DNA of 64,000 bases from a virus: positions 32,001-96,000 of IMG/VR virus record IMGVR_UViG_3300036795_000250. One strand, 5' to 3'. Below the pieces are notes generated by a model. It made no database searches. It saw only the letters and a program-made list of their open reading frames with translations, and was not told the DNA's origin. Positions 10,060-19,596 of this stretch are shown in pieces; position 1 is the first letter of the stretch; each line of letters starts with the position of its first letter. The position numbers and the translations under genes are program-made.

Positions 10060-10433
10060 AATGAGCCTCCACCGCGCAGAGCTTGGGTCAGCTGCTGGTT
10101 CAGTACCGCGATCTGTGACTCCATGCCAGACATTCTGGCTTGCTGGGTAGCCATCCTCGCTTCCCAGTCATCATCCAAGGTCTTAATTTGCTCTCGGTGC
10201 TTGGAGGCCATGTCATCTAATTGCTTCTGGTAGTCTTGCTCCGACTCGCGCAATTGAGCTCTCAGCCGCGCAACTTCAGCCTGTAGGGCCTTCACGATTT
10301 CTTTCCAGGATTCTATGTCGGTCATATCTTGATCCTGGTTGCGCTTACGCTTTGCCGCATAGACCGGAATCACGATAGCACCGATCGCAGTAACTATGAT
10401 TGCTACGATCGCAGTGATATCAGACGCTGTCAT
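10056..10433 (-). CDS. Membrane-anchored coiled-coil protein
   Basis: N-terminal TM (IVAIIVTAIGAIVIPV), KRKR, then heptad-rich helix. Confidence 0.7.
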   Translation of the reverse strand: MTASDITAIVAIIVTAIGAIVIPVYAAKRKRNQDQDMTDIESWKEIVKALQAEVARLRAQLRESEQDYQKQLDDMASKHREQIKTLDDDWEARMATQQARMSGMESQIAVLNQQLTQALRGGGSL

Positions 10434-10857
10434 GCGGCTCCCCCTTAGTTGTTCGATCAGCTAGGTTGATAAATGACCGAATCGTCAAGTAGAGGAACAC
10501 TCCCCACGACAACACGTTGACAATCGTGGTTCCGCCGTCAGTCGCCCAACGAATCCAAAACGCCAACCACCACACCAGCACCAGAATGGTCGAGTAGGTA
10601 ACCGATATCACCACAAGCAGCTGATAGGTCGCCTGTAGGCAGGCTATCGATAGCGCACCAGCAGCTAGGTAAGCTAAGCCCCAGCCCCAAGCTGGGATCA
10701 AATCCAGCAAGTTGGCATAAGAAGGTGTGTTGTGGTAGCGGTCAGACTGCAACCAGAGTGTCGCGCCGAGACACAAAAAGACGACGGCCATGATGACCAG
10801 GTGCGACTTCGTATCGGTCAGTCGCAACCATCCCCGCATTTTTCGTGCTCTATTCAT
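10420..10857 (-). CDS. Membrane protein (about 4 TM)
   Basis: Four hydrophobic stretches; WGWGLAYL motif as in actinophage membrane proteins. Confidence 0.7.
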   Translation of the reverse strand: MNRARKMRGWLRLTDTKSHLVIMAVVFLCLGATLWLQSDRYHNTPSYANLLDLIPAWGWGLAYLAAGALSIACLQATYQLLVVISVTYSTILVLVWWLAFWIRWATDGGTTIVNVLSWGVFLYLTIRSFINLADRTTKGEPHDSV

Positions 10858-10934
10858 TCGCTGTCACGTCCCTGATGTCGGCCACTGAGATGGTCGTTGG
10901 CTCTACTGTCTCGTTTCTGACCCAGGCCCCAAGA

Positions 10935-12614
10935 TCAATCCTCGGCGATCAGCGCATTGAGTTCAGCTAGCGTGTGAATCACGGCCGGAGGCCCCGCCGC
11001 GTCCAGGAGCAATTCCCGAGCCAACCCCGAGAGCGTGATCTCGCCAGGGTCGTCCTCGGCGCTGAACCGGGTGGTGCCACCAACCGAGGTGCGGACCCCG
11101 TGGCCGGGGCCGGGGCCGCCTTGTGGCGCTCCGGTGCTCCTGCTCTGCCGGACAGGTCGCCCCGGGCGAGGTGCGCCGCTGGGCCCGAGCGAGCCACCCG
11201 CAGGCGTGCCGCCGGGCGCTGTCGCGGGTTCCGGTGCCGGGGCAGGCGCGATGTTCGCCTCAGCCTTGGCAAGCTTGGCGGACTCTGCCATCCGTTCTTC
11301 GATGGTCTCGTAGTCGATCTCCAGCCCCAGCTCTTCGGCGACTTGTTTCTCCAGCTCGTGCATGAACTCCGGAGTGCAGCTCTGGAACTCTGGGGAAACG
11401 ACCGCCAGAGTGTTGAACATGTTGGTGGCGATGCCCTTTTGCTCGGCCGTGAGCGGACCAAATCGAAATTTAGGGTAGAGACCACTATCGAAGTTCCAGT
11501 CAATGAACCGGGGGATTATCTTATCGTTGATGAAGCTCTCCACCTCGGCCATGATGGTGTCGAGCATCAGAATGAACATGGCGTCAGACTGCTTGCCGAA
11601 GTCGACCAGCGTCGTCTCGCTCGCCCCGCCACCCTGAGCGTCATCGAAGAACGGCGCGAGAATCGACTTGCTCATCTGGCTGTTGTGGTGATTGATGAAG
11701 GAGAGGAAGTCGAACTGAGTACCCTCCTTCAGCAACTCGACCGTGTACCCGTCCGGGACGGCCAGGTACTGAGCGAAGCCGAGGTCACTCAATGCCTTCG
11801 TGAAGTTTGCTCGCTCCTCCGGAGTCGGCGAGGGGGGTAGGTGACCGACACGGGTACCCGTTGCTGCTCGCTGCGCAGCCAGGTGCGCGACAAAATACAG
11901 ACGGACCTTCTTGTCCCAGTGATAGAAGGCTGCTTCGAAGTAGCTCTTGCCGTAGAACAACTGCTCTTCTTCTTGGCAGGCATGGTAAACGGCTGAGTCC
12001 GGAGGGATCTCTACGTCGATGTACCGGCCCATGAACATGACACGTTGCCGAAATCCCCAGAAGTTTCCGTTCTTGTCCAGCAAGAAGTAGATGGTTTGCG
12101 GGGGGCGCCAGGCCATCTTTTTGAGGGTCCACTTGCCTTTGAGTGGACCCTTCTTCGGTGACCAGTACACTAGTTCGAAGGGCGCGAAGCCATCGAACAC
12201 GGAATTAAGTACCTGTGAGATCACCCGAGTCCACGGTGTCATCATGCCGCCTTGTGATGATGGCATCGTAAACATCTGCTCCACGAAGGTAGCCTCGTCT
12301 TGACCGCCCTTCTGACCGGCCGCAGGAACGAACGTGCAGGTCGACAAGGCAGCGCGGATCGGCAGCACGATCAAGCGGAACAGCGCGCGAGCCTGACCGT
12401 CGGTCCGTCGCATCGAGACAAGCTGCTCGGGAGTGACCTGATCGTCTCGGTAGACTTCCCAGGCGTTACGGTAGGGAGTGACAAAAGGCTGCCACATCCC
12501 GACACCGACTTCGATGTCACCCTTCGGCGATTTCGGAGTGACGCCGTTCAGGATCGTCTTCGACGAATCGACTAACCCCGCCAAAGCAATGACGTCGTTA
12601 TCGTTGTCTGCCAT
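10935..12614 (-). CDS. Portal protein (Mu gp29/DUF935-like) with Pro/Gly-rich C-terminal tail
   Basis: DGFAPFELVY, FYGKSYFEAAFYHW, FINHHNSQMSKSILA, IIPRFIDWNF..YPKFRF; directly after terL. Confidence 0.88.
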   Translation of the reverse strand: MADNDNDVIALAGLVDSSKTILNGVTPKSPKGDIEVGVGMWQPFVTPYRNAWEVYRDDQVTPEQLVSMRRTDGQARALFRLIVLPIRAALSTCTFVPAAGQKGGQDEATFVEQMFTMPSSQGGMMTPWTRVISQVLNSVFDGFAPFELVYWSPKKGPLKGKWTLKKMAWRPPQTIYFLLDKNGNFWGFRQRVMFMGRYIDVEIPPDSAVYHACQEEEQLFYGKSYFEAAFYHWDKKVRLYFVAHLAAQRAATGTRVGHLPPSPTPEERANFTKALSDLGFAQYLAVPDGYTVELLKEGTQFDFLSFINHHNSQMSKSILAPFFDDAQGGGASETTLVDFGKQSDAMFILMLDTIMAEVESFINDKIIPRFIDWNFDSGLYPKFRFGPLTAEQKGIATNMFNTLAVVSPEFQSCTPEFMHELEKQVAEELGLEIDYETIEERMAESAKLAKAEANIAPAPAPEPATAPGGTPAGGSLGPSGAPRPGRPVRQSRSTGAPQGGPGPGHGVRTSVGGTTRFSAEDDPGEITLSGLARELLLDAAGPPAVIHTLAELNALIAED

Positions 12615-12621
12615 AGCTTTA

Positions 12622-12629
12622 CTATCGGT
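12622..12629 (-). promoter_or_regulatory. Candidate sigma-28/WhiG-type -10 element (ACCGATAG) for a leaderless portal transcript
   Basis: Minus strand reads ACCGATAG-TAAAGCT-ATG; no SD before the ATG; resembles FliA/WhiG -10 GCCGATAA. Confidence 0.5.
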
Positions 12630-12671
12630 GGCGAGTCAGCGATCGTTGTGCAACCAGGACCGGCTGTGTCG

Positions 12672-14516
12672 TCAGGACGGTCCGAGGAACTGTTGCCACC
12701 GCATGTGCTCGCTGCCTTGCAGTGGCGAGCCACCCTCCATGTCCCGAGGGACGCCGGCCAAGGATCCGATCGCGGGCCCGACCTCGAAGCTGGCGTTGCC
12801 GAAGAACGCTTCCCGCTGCTGCGGATCTTCCTCGCCCCCGACCTCGACCGCTCCCTGGGCCGCACACGCGAACGCGTCGGCGAGATCCTTGCTGCTACTC
12901 GCCGGGTGATCGATCTTGCCGTTGACCAGCTTGGTCAGCGAGAGCAACTCCTCGCGCAGCAAGGTGTTCTTAGGCGTGGCCAGCCTGCCTTCGTACATGA
13001 TGTCGCGCAGGTTGCGATAGGGCTCGATGTTCGCGTCGGTGCTGACCTTCTTCGAGTCGATGCCACGGGACCGCAGGATCTGCATGCTGTCCTCGGACTG
13101 GAAACCGTCGTAGGTCATTTGCTTGATAGTGAAGCCACGCTGCACCAACTCGAACGCGAGTTGCCGAGCCCATCGAATCTGGATCTCACGGGCAGGCTTC
13201 AGGGAGATGTCCGCCTCGAACGCCAGGACGAAGTCCACCTTGATGACGGGCCGGCGGTCCAGGAACGGGACATCTTCGCCTTCCGGCCCGGCCAGGATCT
13301 TCTCGTACGTTTCGTATTTCTGCACGTGCGCCAGCGCGATGCCAGCCTTGTCTCCGCTGATGGCCATGTCCGCGTGCATGGCGTACACCGCGCCAACAAT
13401 AGGCTTGAAGTCAGGCCGGTAAGCATAGAAGGGAACCCATGCCTTGTGTTCTCGCTTGTAGCTGACCTTGACTGGTGGCGGGACGTCGAGGAAGGTCGCA
13501 TCGACCGCGTCGTGGTTGCGAAAATACGGGTTGACCGCACGAGACGGCTTGCACTCGTACTTGCTCCGTGCCATCACGGGATCGGTCTCATAGTCATCGG
13601 CGAACATGTCCTTGCCGGTGACGCGCGGATTGACCTCCCAGGTGGCGAGTGGGCCGGACAGGAAGTGCCGGGACGCCTCTCCCTTCTTCTTGAGGTCCTC
13701 GCGAGCGGTGCGGGTGAGCTGTTGGATCATGGAGCCGAGGTACCGGGGGTAGGAGATGCGGACGTTCTTGAAGACCTGGGGAAACCGGGTGGATCCGCTG
13801 GTGCGGATCATGTCGAGAATGTTCTCTACGGACTTGGTCGGTTCCCGCGCCGACCGGATGCGCCGGACGACGATCTCACCCTTGCTCTTGAACGCGTCCA
13901 CCTCGTCAGCGATCCCGAGCATGAGGTTGAGACCCTCCTGGGTCTCCGCGTCGCTGTGGCCCGAGATGCACTCAATGTTCTTGGCGTAGGAGATGGTGTT
14001 GATATGCGGATCGCAGCGGTCCTTGAACCAGCCCGACTTCACCGCGCGAGTGATCGGCGTAAAGAATGCTTGCTGGGCCTGAGTGGACGAGGACGCGACA
14101 TTCAGCATGTGGATCGTGTCTTGTTCTGGTATGCCGTAGTACTCCTGAGGGCTAATCAAACACATCAGTAAATACGCGATGCGCATCGAGGCAATGCGGC
14201 AGATATGGTCCTTACCAGAACCTTTACCCCACTGAAGGGTCACGAAGTTTACCATCCTCGTGATATCCGTCCAGTAGGTATCGTTGAACTCTTTAGCCAT
14301 CAACGGATACAGCTCGGGATAGTAGATCCGCTCGGTGTAGCGGACAGCTTCATACTGCACGTCAGACAGCGGCGGGTTACCCAGGTACTTCTTGTCCCGC
14401 ACGAAGATGTCCAGCGGTACTGGTTCTTCGGAGAAGATACGACTGAGGTCAGTGCCGCCCGCCGACGATGTGATCAGGCCGGCGGAGGCACGCATCATGT
14501 CACTGAGAGACGCCAC
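12672..14516 (-). CDS. terL: Terminase large subunit
   Basis: Walker A LQWGKGSGKD, Walker B GIADEVDAF, RISYPRY, nuclease HADMAISGD, YDGFQS, KIDHPASSSKDLADA. Confidence 0.93.
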   Translation of the reverse strand: MASLSDMMRASAGLITSSAGGTDLSRIFSEEPVPLDIFVRDKKYLGNPPLSDVQYEAVRYTERIYYPELYPLMAKEFNDTYWTDITRMVNFVTLQWGKGSGKDHICRIASMRIAYLLMCLISPQEYYGIPEQDTIHMLNVASSSTQAQQAFFTPITRAVKSGWFKDRCDPHINTISYAKNIECISGHSDAETQEGLNLMLGIADEVDAFKSKGEIVVRRIRSAREPTKSVENILDMIRTSGSTRFPQVFKNVRISYPRYLGSMIQQLTRTAREDLKKKGEASRHFLSGPLATWEVNPRVTGKDMFADDYETDPVMARSKYECKPSRAVNPYFRNHDAVDATFLDVPPPVKVSYKREHKAWVPFYAYRPDFKPIVGAVYAMHADMAISGDKAGIALAHVQKYETYEKILAGPEGEDVPFLDRRPVIKVDFVLAFEADISLKPAREIQIRWARQLAFELVQRGFTIKQMTYDGFQSEDSMQILRSRGIDSKKVSTDANIEPYRNLRDIMYEGRLATPKNTLLREELLSLTKLVNGKIDHPASSSKDLADAFACAAQGAVEVGGEEDPQQREAFFGNASFEVGPAIGSLAGVPRDMEGGSPLQGSEHMRWQQFLGPS

Positions 14517-14548
14517 ATTCGGTCCTCTCCGGAACCGGTCAGTAGAGG

Positions 14549-14581
14549 AAAATCCCCACCAGTCCCGGAGGACGGTGGGGA
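14549..14581 (-). terminator. Intrinsic terminator-like hairpin between the DUF6582 gene and terL
   Basis: Minus strand TCCCCACC...GGTGGGGA followed by TTTT. Confidence 0.55.
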
Positions 14582-14615
14582 GCTAGGGACGGCTGGACTG
14601 CGCGCTGTTCGCGAG

Positions 14616-14894
14616 TCAGGAGTCTTCCGAAATCTCGATTCCGATCTTTTTGGCCGCAGCCTTGATCCGGCCCTTGACCTCAGACAGCGTCACGCCGTTG
14701 AGTGGATACTCAGCAGCATTTTTCGGCACGTTGATGTACGCCCATGCCGCTCGAATGCGCTTCTCGTTGTTGAGCGGGTACTTGCCGTTCTTGGGGTCAG
14801 CGTAGACAACCGCACCGTAGGGCTTGGTGCTGGCAGGCTTGGTCTCAGTAGCGGCAGACAGCCGCAGGAACTTGGCTGTATAGGTTCCGGGCAT
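14616..14894 (-). CDS. DUF6582-like small head-associated protein
   Basis: YGAVVYADPKNGKYPLNNEKRIRAAWAYIN motif. Confidence 0.75.
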   Translation of the reverse strand: MPGTYTAKFLRLSAATETKPASTKPYGAVVYADPKNGKYPLNNEKRIRAAWAYINVPKNAAEYPLNGVTLSEVKGRIKAAAKKIGIEISEDS

Positions 14895-14895
14895 C

Positions 14896-15819
14896 TTATT
14901 TACCCTGCTTCTTGTGCATGCTGATGACCGCGTTACCGGCGGCTTTGCGGGTTGCCATTGGAGCCGTCTTCGCCCCGGAGCGGTGGACGCCGATGTGCTT
15001 GCCGCCGGCCGCTGCCTTGACCATGCCGACTCGACCCTGGCCCGGCATCATCACGGCGCCCGCGCTGGTCAGACTGCCGCCGTCGAGGTCATCGCCGTCA
15101 GCGTCCCCATCGCTGTCCGAACTGCTGTCCGTGCTGCTGTTTCCGCTGAGCGCCAAGAGCCTCCCCAGGCTGCGGCTCGACGCCGGGGCCGACATAGCGG
15201 CCGGCGCAGAGCCCTCATCCGGGTCAGGCACGCCCATCGCCTGCAACAGCTCGTCGACCGTCGAACTGGCGGCGTAGACCAGCGCGATGGCCTGCTGAAC
15301 TTCAGGCGGCAGAGACGTCAGAGAGACGCCGTGCAGCAGATCGCATGCCTGATCCAGACAGGCATCCACCGCAGCGGCCAGACTCCTCGGATCGTCGTCC
15401 GCGTCAGGGTACGCAGCCTCGCCTTGGCCAGTGGACAACTGGAGGACCTTGCTCAGCGAACTGCTCATCGTCGCCGCTACCTTTCCATGAGGAGCTGACG
15501 ATGTGTGCGCTTCAGCTCGTTTGGCTTCCCACTCTGCCCATGCTTTGGCTGCCGCCGCTTGTACGTCAGGGTGTACGTGACCCTTGCCGTTAGGAGTGCG
15601 GCCGTCCTTCCAGTCCTCGACGATGCCGACTGCTTTGTGGATGGCCTGTGATTCGCCGAGGCCGCCTCGGGCGAGTGCTTTGGATACGTTTTGAATGTAG
15701 GCGGGCAGCATCAGACCTTTGTGGTGCCACAGACCGGGTCCATCCGGCGTGCCCCACGGGTTGGGCTGCGTCGATGCCCGGGGAGTGTCCAGCGTCAGCG
15801 CGAGACGGTTGTCCATCAC
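14896..15819 (-). CDS. Conserved actinophage head-region protein
   Basis: LPAYIQNVSKAL..ESQAIHKAVGIVEDW..AAKAWAEWE motif seen in head modules; low-complexity C-terminus. Confidence 0.65.
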   Translation of the reverse strand: MMDNRLALTLDTPRASTQPNPWGTPDGPGLWHHKGLMLPAYIQNVSKALARGGLGESQAIHKAVGIVEDWKDGRTPNGKGHVHPDVQAAAAKAWAEWEAKRAEAHTSSAPHGKVAATMSSSLSKVLQLSTGQGEAAYPDADDDPRSLAAAVDACLDQACDLLHGVSLTSLPPEVQQAIALVYAASSTVDELLQAMGVPDPDEGSAPAAMSAPASSRSLGRLLALSGNSSTDSSSDSDGDADGDDLDGGSLTSAGAVMMPGQGRVGMVKAAAGGKHIGVHRSGAKTAPMATRKAAGNAVISMHKKQGK

Positions 15820-16274
15820 AGACCGGCCGCCTGGAACGCCTCACTGAACTTGATCATCAGGTCCTGCCGCGTGGCAGCATCGCTGACCCCGCCCAGCGTG
15901 GCCAGGACCAGGTCCCGCACTTCGGCCAGGATGGCGTCGCGGTTGCCTTTGTCAGCACGCTCCAGCAGGGAGTTGAACTCCCTCGTCATGCTCAACCAAA
16001 ACGTGTTGTAGTCCTTCTGGACAGTCGCGTGAGCGAACCCATCAGCGGAGCCAACCGGCTGGCCTTCCCGCATGCGCAGTACCACGTAGTTGAATGCGAT
16101 GCGCTCGATCAGTAGCTGTTGCACCGTATTCATGGGAAGGTACTGTGCTTCGCGACGCATGCGATGCACGATGACCTCGTAAAGCTGACGCAGCCCTGGA
16201 TCGTCACACACTTCGTCAGGAAGGTTGAATGCTGCGTCGAGAGCATCCAGAGGGCCGAGATCGTCGCTACGCAT
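15816..16274 (-). CDS. Hypothetical helical protein, first gene of the head operon (possible terminase small subunit)
   Basis: AGGAGG SD; overlaps next gene; the TerS assignment is positional only. Confidence 0.6.
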   Translation of the reverse strand: MRSDDLGPLDALDAAFNLPDEVCDDPGLRQLYEVIVHRMRREAQYLPMNTVQQLLIERIAFNYVVLRMREGQPVGSADGFAHATVQKDYNTFWLSMTREFNSLLERADKGNRDAILAEVRDLVLATLGGVSDAATRQDLMIKFSEAFQAAGL

Positions 16275-16310
16275 GGCGTCCTCCTGGCTGGCTTACCGTG
16301 CTGCCTGTAA

Positions 16311-16318
16311 CTATCGGC
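16311..16318 (-). promoter_or_regulatory. Candidate sigma-28/WhiG-type -10 element (GCCGATAG) at the head of the packaging operon
   Basis: 7/8 match to GCCGATAA; lies just downstream of a terminator, so the operon needs its own promoter. Confidence 0.5.
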
Positions 16319-16341
16319 GTGACCCGGTATGGGCGCACAAC

Positions 16342-16377
16342 AAAAGGAGGGTCGCCCTACAGGTGAGCGACCCTCCT
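16342..16377 (-). terminator. Intrinsic terminator
   Basis: 11-bp stem AGGAGGGTCGC/GCGACCCTCCT followed by TTT on minus strand. Confidence 0.75.
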
Positions 16378-16413
16378 GATTCCGCCGCGCTACCGCCGCC
16401 GACCCAGCATAAC

Positions 16414-16611
16414 TCAGTAAGTCAGCGTGCAGTTGATGATTCCGTCAAGGAGTTGTTTTTTGCTCAACGGGTCGAGGCCGCGCCAGTCGACTGTGAACTG
16501 GGCCATCGAGTAACCGTTGGTCTTGCCGTCCGACAGATACTGATAAACCGTGGAGATGCCAGCTACCTTGGTGGGTTGTGTAGTTGCCGTCACAGGTACG
16601 AAACCTTTCAC
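16414..16611 (-). CDS. Hypothetical protein
   Basis: 65 aa, GTGA-coupled to upstream ORF, ends before terminator. Confidence 0.5.
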   Translation of the reverse strand: MKGFVPVTATTQPTKVAGISTVYQYLSDGKTNGYSMAQFTVDWRGLDPLSKKQLLDGIINCTLTY

Positions 16612-16934
16612 TGTGGGCCGATAAGTTCATGGCCATGTTTCTTAGCGTCGTCGGAGATTCGTGCTCTGACATAACTCAGATCGTCATCCAGGCCGGGACG
16701 CCAGTCCTCCGGTAGGTCGTTGCTGGCGAGCCTACGCACGAGGGATGCTTCGGTAACGAGGTCTTCCGCTAATGCTAGATAGCCGTCACTGACTAGATAC
16801 CTGACGATCGCTTCAGCTCTATCCTGATTGCGCTGTCGAGCTATCATGCTTTGTGCCGAATGGCCTTGGATCCGTCGCAGAAGCTTGCGGTATTTGCGAT
16901 AGGTCGACACGGCTTCAGTGACAGTCATTCCCAT
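16608..16934 (-). CDS. Hypothetical protein
   Basis: 108-aa ORF with plausible RBS. Confidence 0.55.
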   Translation of the reverse strand: MGMTVTEAVSTYRKYRKLLRRIQGHSAQSMIARQRNQDRAEAIVRYLVSDGYLALAEDLVTEASLVRRLASNDLPEDWRPGLDDDLSYVRARISDDAKKHGHELIGPQ

Positions 16935-17004
16935 GAGCAGATCTCACCCCTTTGACGGTATGTTACCGAATACGATGTCGTGCTGGCCGCAGGCAGGGTG
17001 AGAT

Positions 17005-17256
17005 ATGGCAGTCCGGATCATGATCGACCCGAATGTCCGCGTGCGCGGAAACCAGACCTATGTAGACCTGGACAGCGACGTGCTCAGCGGCGATGTGCCG
17101 CAGGTCGGCACCGAGGTCGAGGTGTGCGAGGAAGAGGCTGGACTTGTTGGCCGTGCCCGGGTCAGTGAGGTCAACCGGTTGACCGGCTTGGTGTACCTCG
17201 TCGTGGACTGGTCGTCCTTGCGGCGAGTTGAGCCTCCGGAAGGGGAAGGACCTTGA
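17005..17256 (+). CDS. Hypothetical small beta-rich protein
   Basis: IMIDPNVRVRGNQTY..LVYLVVDWSSLR; RBS present. Confidence 0.6.
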   Translation: MAVRIMIDPNVRVRGNQTYVDLDSDVLSGDVPQVGTEVEVCEEEAGLVGRARVSEVNRLTGLVYLVVDWSSLRRVEPPEGEGP

Positions 17257-17312
17257 TGAGCAGGGTCTGGTACATCGACGAGAATTGGGCACAGTGAAGG
17301 AGCCTCAGGTCC

Positions 17313-17531
17313 ATGGATGGCGACACCGTAGATCGCTTGTATGACGCTCTGGGGAATCATCGGTACAAGAAGATCGAGTCCCGCAAGGAACTCGTTCTGC
17401 TGGCGGTTGCGCTGCACGATCGCCTGACAGAGGTGGAGGGTCGCTACGCGGTCGCCCTCGAAGAGGTACGACATCTTGACACCCTGTGCGAGGTCAACGC
17501 CATCGCAGCCGCCGAACCGGGTCACGGGTGA
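17313..17531 (+). CDS. Hypothetical protein
   Basis: 72 aa; AAGGAG/AGGT upstream. Confidence 0.45.
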   Translation: MDGDTVDRLYDALGNHRYKKIESRKELVLLAVALHDRLTEVEGRYAVALEEVRHLDTLCEVNAIAAAEPGHG

Positions 17532-18210
17532 GCTGAAAGGTGTTGCACGATAGCGATGCCCAGGTCTCTGGGGTCGCGTGCGCACCACCGAACTGGCCGA
17601 TGTGCTTCGACCTGCTCACCTCAGGATGCACAAACGGTAGGTTGGTTCGGTTGGAGGTGCGTACCAGTTGGTAGTCCCAGCCAGCCTCGACTCCAGGAAT
17701 CCCGTTGTGAGTGGAGTAATCCTTGTCCCAGGTGTCTCGTAGGTGCTGGAACCAGGTCTCACCCCAGGTGCCCCAGATCAGCGGTGAGAAGTGGTGCGCG
17801 AGGTAGATCATGTCGACATCACCCGAGGAACGCTCGGAGAATGCACACACCCCGAGGGCGCGCTGCGGGCCGCACCTAGCGGTTGCCTCAGTGAAGTATT
17901 CGAGCACATCCTGACTGACCACAATGTCCTCTTCGGCCAGGACGGTGAAGCCTGCGCCGGTACGGCGGAAGACGTCGTTCAGCGCCGTCCACGGGTTGAC
18001 CAGCACACCCAGACGCGTCTCGTTCAGCGTGGTTTCAATGGGAAGGCCCGAGTCCTTGATGACACCAAGCATCTCCGGCATCACGTCGCTCGGCTCCAAG
18101 TAGAGGTATAGCTGCACATCATCGATCCCTCGAACTTCTGCCCAGCTTGCTAACGTCTCCTGTAGATAGTGCGGACGTTGATACGCGGTGAATACCACCG
18201 AGATCTTCAC
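17494..18210 (-). CDS. Glycosyltransferase, GT-A fold
   Basis: VVFTAYQRPHYLQETLASW, DxD-like LAEEDIVVSQD, WGTW, GWD, PEVSRSKHIG..GAH; start GTG 18210 with GGGAG SD. Confidence 0.82.
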   Translation of the reverse strand: MKISVVFTAYQRPHYLQETLASWAEVRGIDDVQLYLYLEPSDVMPEMLGVIKDSGLPIETTLNETRLGVLVNPWTALNDVFRRTGAGFTVLAEEDIVVSQDVLEYFTEATARCGPQRALGVCAFSERSSGDVDMIYLAHHFSPLIWGTWGETWFQHLRDTWDKDYSTHNGIPGVEAGWDYQLVRTSNRTNLPFVHPEVSRSKHIGQFGGAHATPETWASLSCNTFQLTRDPVRRLRWR

Positions 18211-18501
18211 GGTTGGCTCCCGTGGCCATAAGACGGTTGATAAATAAGTGTCAACGCAGATGCAGCTCATCTCTGGGTTGCATGCGGCTGCTGTGTCAGT
18301 GTGCTCGGGATCCGAGCTGGCCGCCACACCGTGATCGAGTCCGGGGAGATCAGGAAGCAGTGTGTATGTACCAAAAACAGGCAATGAGTACCGGCATCGA
18401 TACAGGAATAGGGTGTGTCATCGCGGGACACAGGTGTGGTCGTTGTCCTACCCTGTACCCACCTACCGGATCACTAGCGGATCACTAGCGGATCAGGGTG
18501 A

Positions 18502-19134
18502 GTGCTGATGATGGAGACGATTTCCATACCTGCGCGGATCGCAGCGTTGCCGGTCGACAAGATCGGGCGCCCGGTGCCGTGGTTTGTCGAGTGGATTCAC
18601 GGTGTACCGGACTTCCGGGTCGTCGGCGCGGCCAAGATTGCCGACGCGGTGCGGTTCTCTCTGTGCTGGGTGTGTGGTCAGCACCTGGGACGCTACATGA
18701 CTTTCACCGTGGGCCCGATGTGCGCGGTGAACCGGACGAGTGCCGAACCCCCGTCCCATCAGGAATGTGCGGAGTTTTCGGTGCAGCGCTGCCCATTCCT
18801 GATCACACCGGCCATGGTGCGGCGAGATCGGCACCTGCCCGCCGGGACGAGCGCGCCTGCGGGGATCATGCTCGCCCGCAATCCCGGGGTGGCCTTGCTG
18901 TGGGTGACCCGCACGTTCGGCCTGCGGCGCACGCCGACCGGACCGTTGTTCGTGTTCGGCGATCCCATCAGTGTGCAGTGGTGGGCACAGGGCCGCCAGG
19001 CCACCCGCGCCGAGGTCGTGGCGTCGATCGATTCGGGGTTGCCCGCGTTGCAGGCGCTGGTAGAGACGGATGCCGAGCGAACGATGCTGGACGGCCAGGT
19101 GTCGAAGGCCATGACTCTCGTCCCGGCTGCCTGA
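18502..19134 (+). CDS. Conserved phage hypothetical protein with Cys/His motifs
   Basis: PVPWFV..PDFR..CWVCG..GPMC..EPPSH.EC..CPFL. Confidence 0.7.
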   Translation: MLMMETISIPARIAALPVDKIGRPVPWFVEWIHGVPDFRVVGAAKIADAVRFSLCWVCGQHLGRYMTFTVGPMCAVNRTSAEPPSHQECAEFSVQRCPFLITPAMVRRDRHLPAGTSAPAGIMLARNPGVALLWVTRTFGLRRTPTGPLFVFGDPISVQWWAQGRQATRAEVVASIDSGLPALQALVETDAERTMLDGQVSKAMTLVPAA

Positions 19135-19148
19135 GCAGGAGGTGCTCA

Positions 19149-19328
19149 GTGATCACGGTCTCTCGACATTGGGCCGACTACCGCTGGGCCGGGTGGCAGT
19201 ACGCGCACGCCAACGGGCATGCCGTGCTCAAGACGGACACGAACTGGCGCCTGATCAGCGGATGCCACCTCAGATGGGGCAAACGACACCTCTGGCTCAA
19301 TTGGCGCCGGACAGACATCCGGCCATAG
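19149..19328 (+). CDS. Small Trp-rich hypothetical protein
   Basis: AGGAGG SD then GTG at 19149. Confidence 0.45.
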   Translation: MITVSRHWADYRWAGWQYAHANGHAVLKTDTNWRLISGCHLRWGKRHLWLNWRRTDIRP

Positions 19329-19596
19329 ATCCATACCGTGCTGAGCCGCTGGCCAGGGAAGAACCACTGCTGGTTACAAGTAGCTAACGGTTGAGGATCT
19401 TGCCCATCAAACTGCGGGGCGCGAAAACCGAACTGCGGGCGCGTCGGGTAGTTGGCGCGGATGCTGTCGGTTCCAGCGACGATCAGCATCCATCACCACA
19501 TACGCACGATCTCATGTCCGCGCTGGTTGTTCAGGTCTCAGTCGACCAGTTGGCACGCATTTGTGCACGTTGCCGGATGATGACACTGTTTGATTC

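Noticed and set aside
12648-14171. Long antisense ORFs (507 aa here; also 23054-24223, 39058-40053, 10974-11840)
   Set aside because: Shadow frames opposite well-supported genes, expected in high-GC DNA
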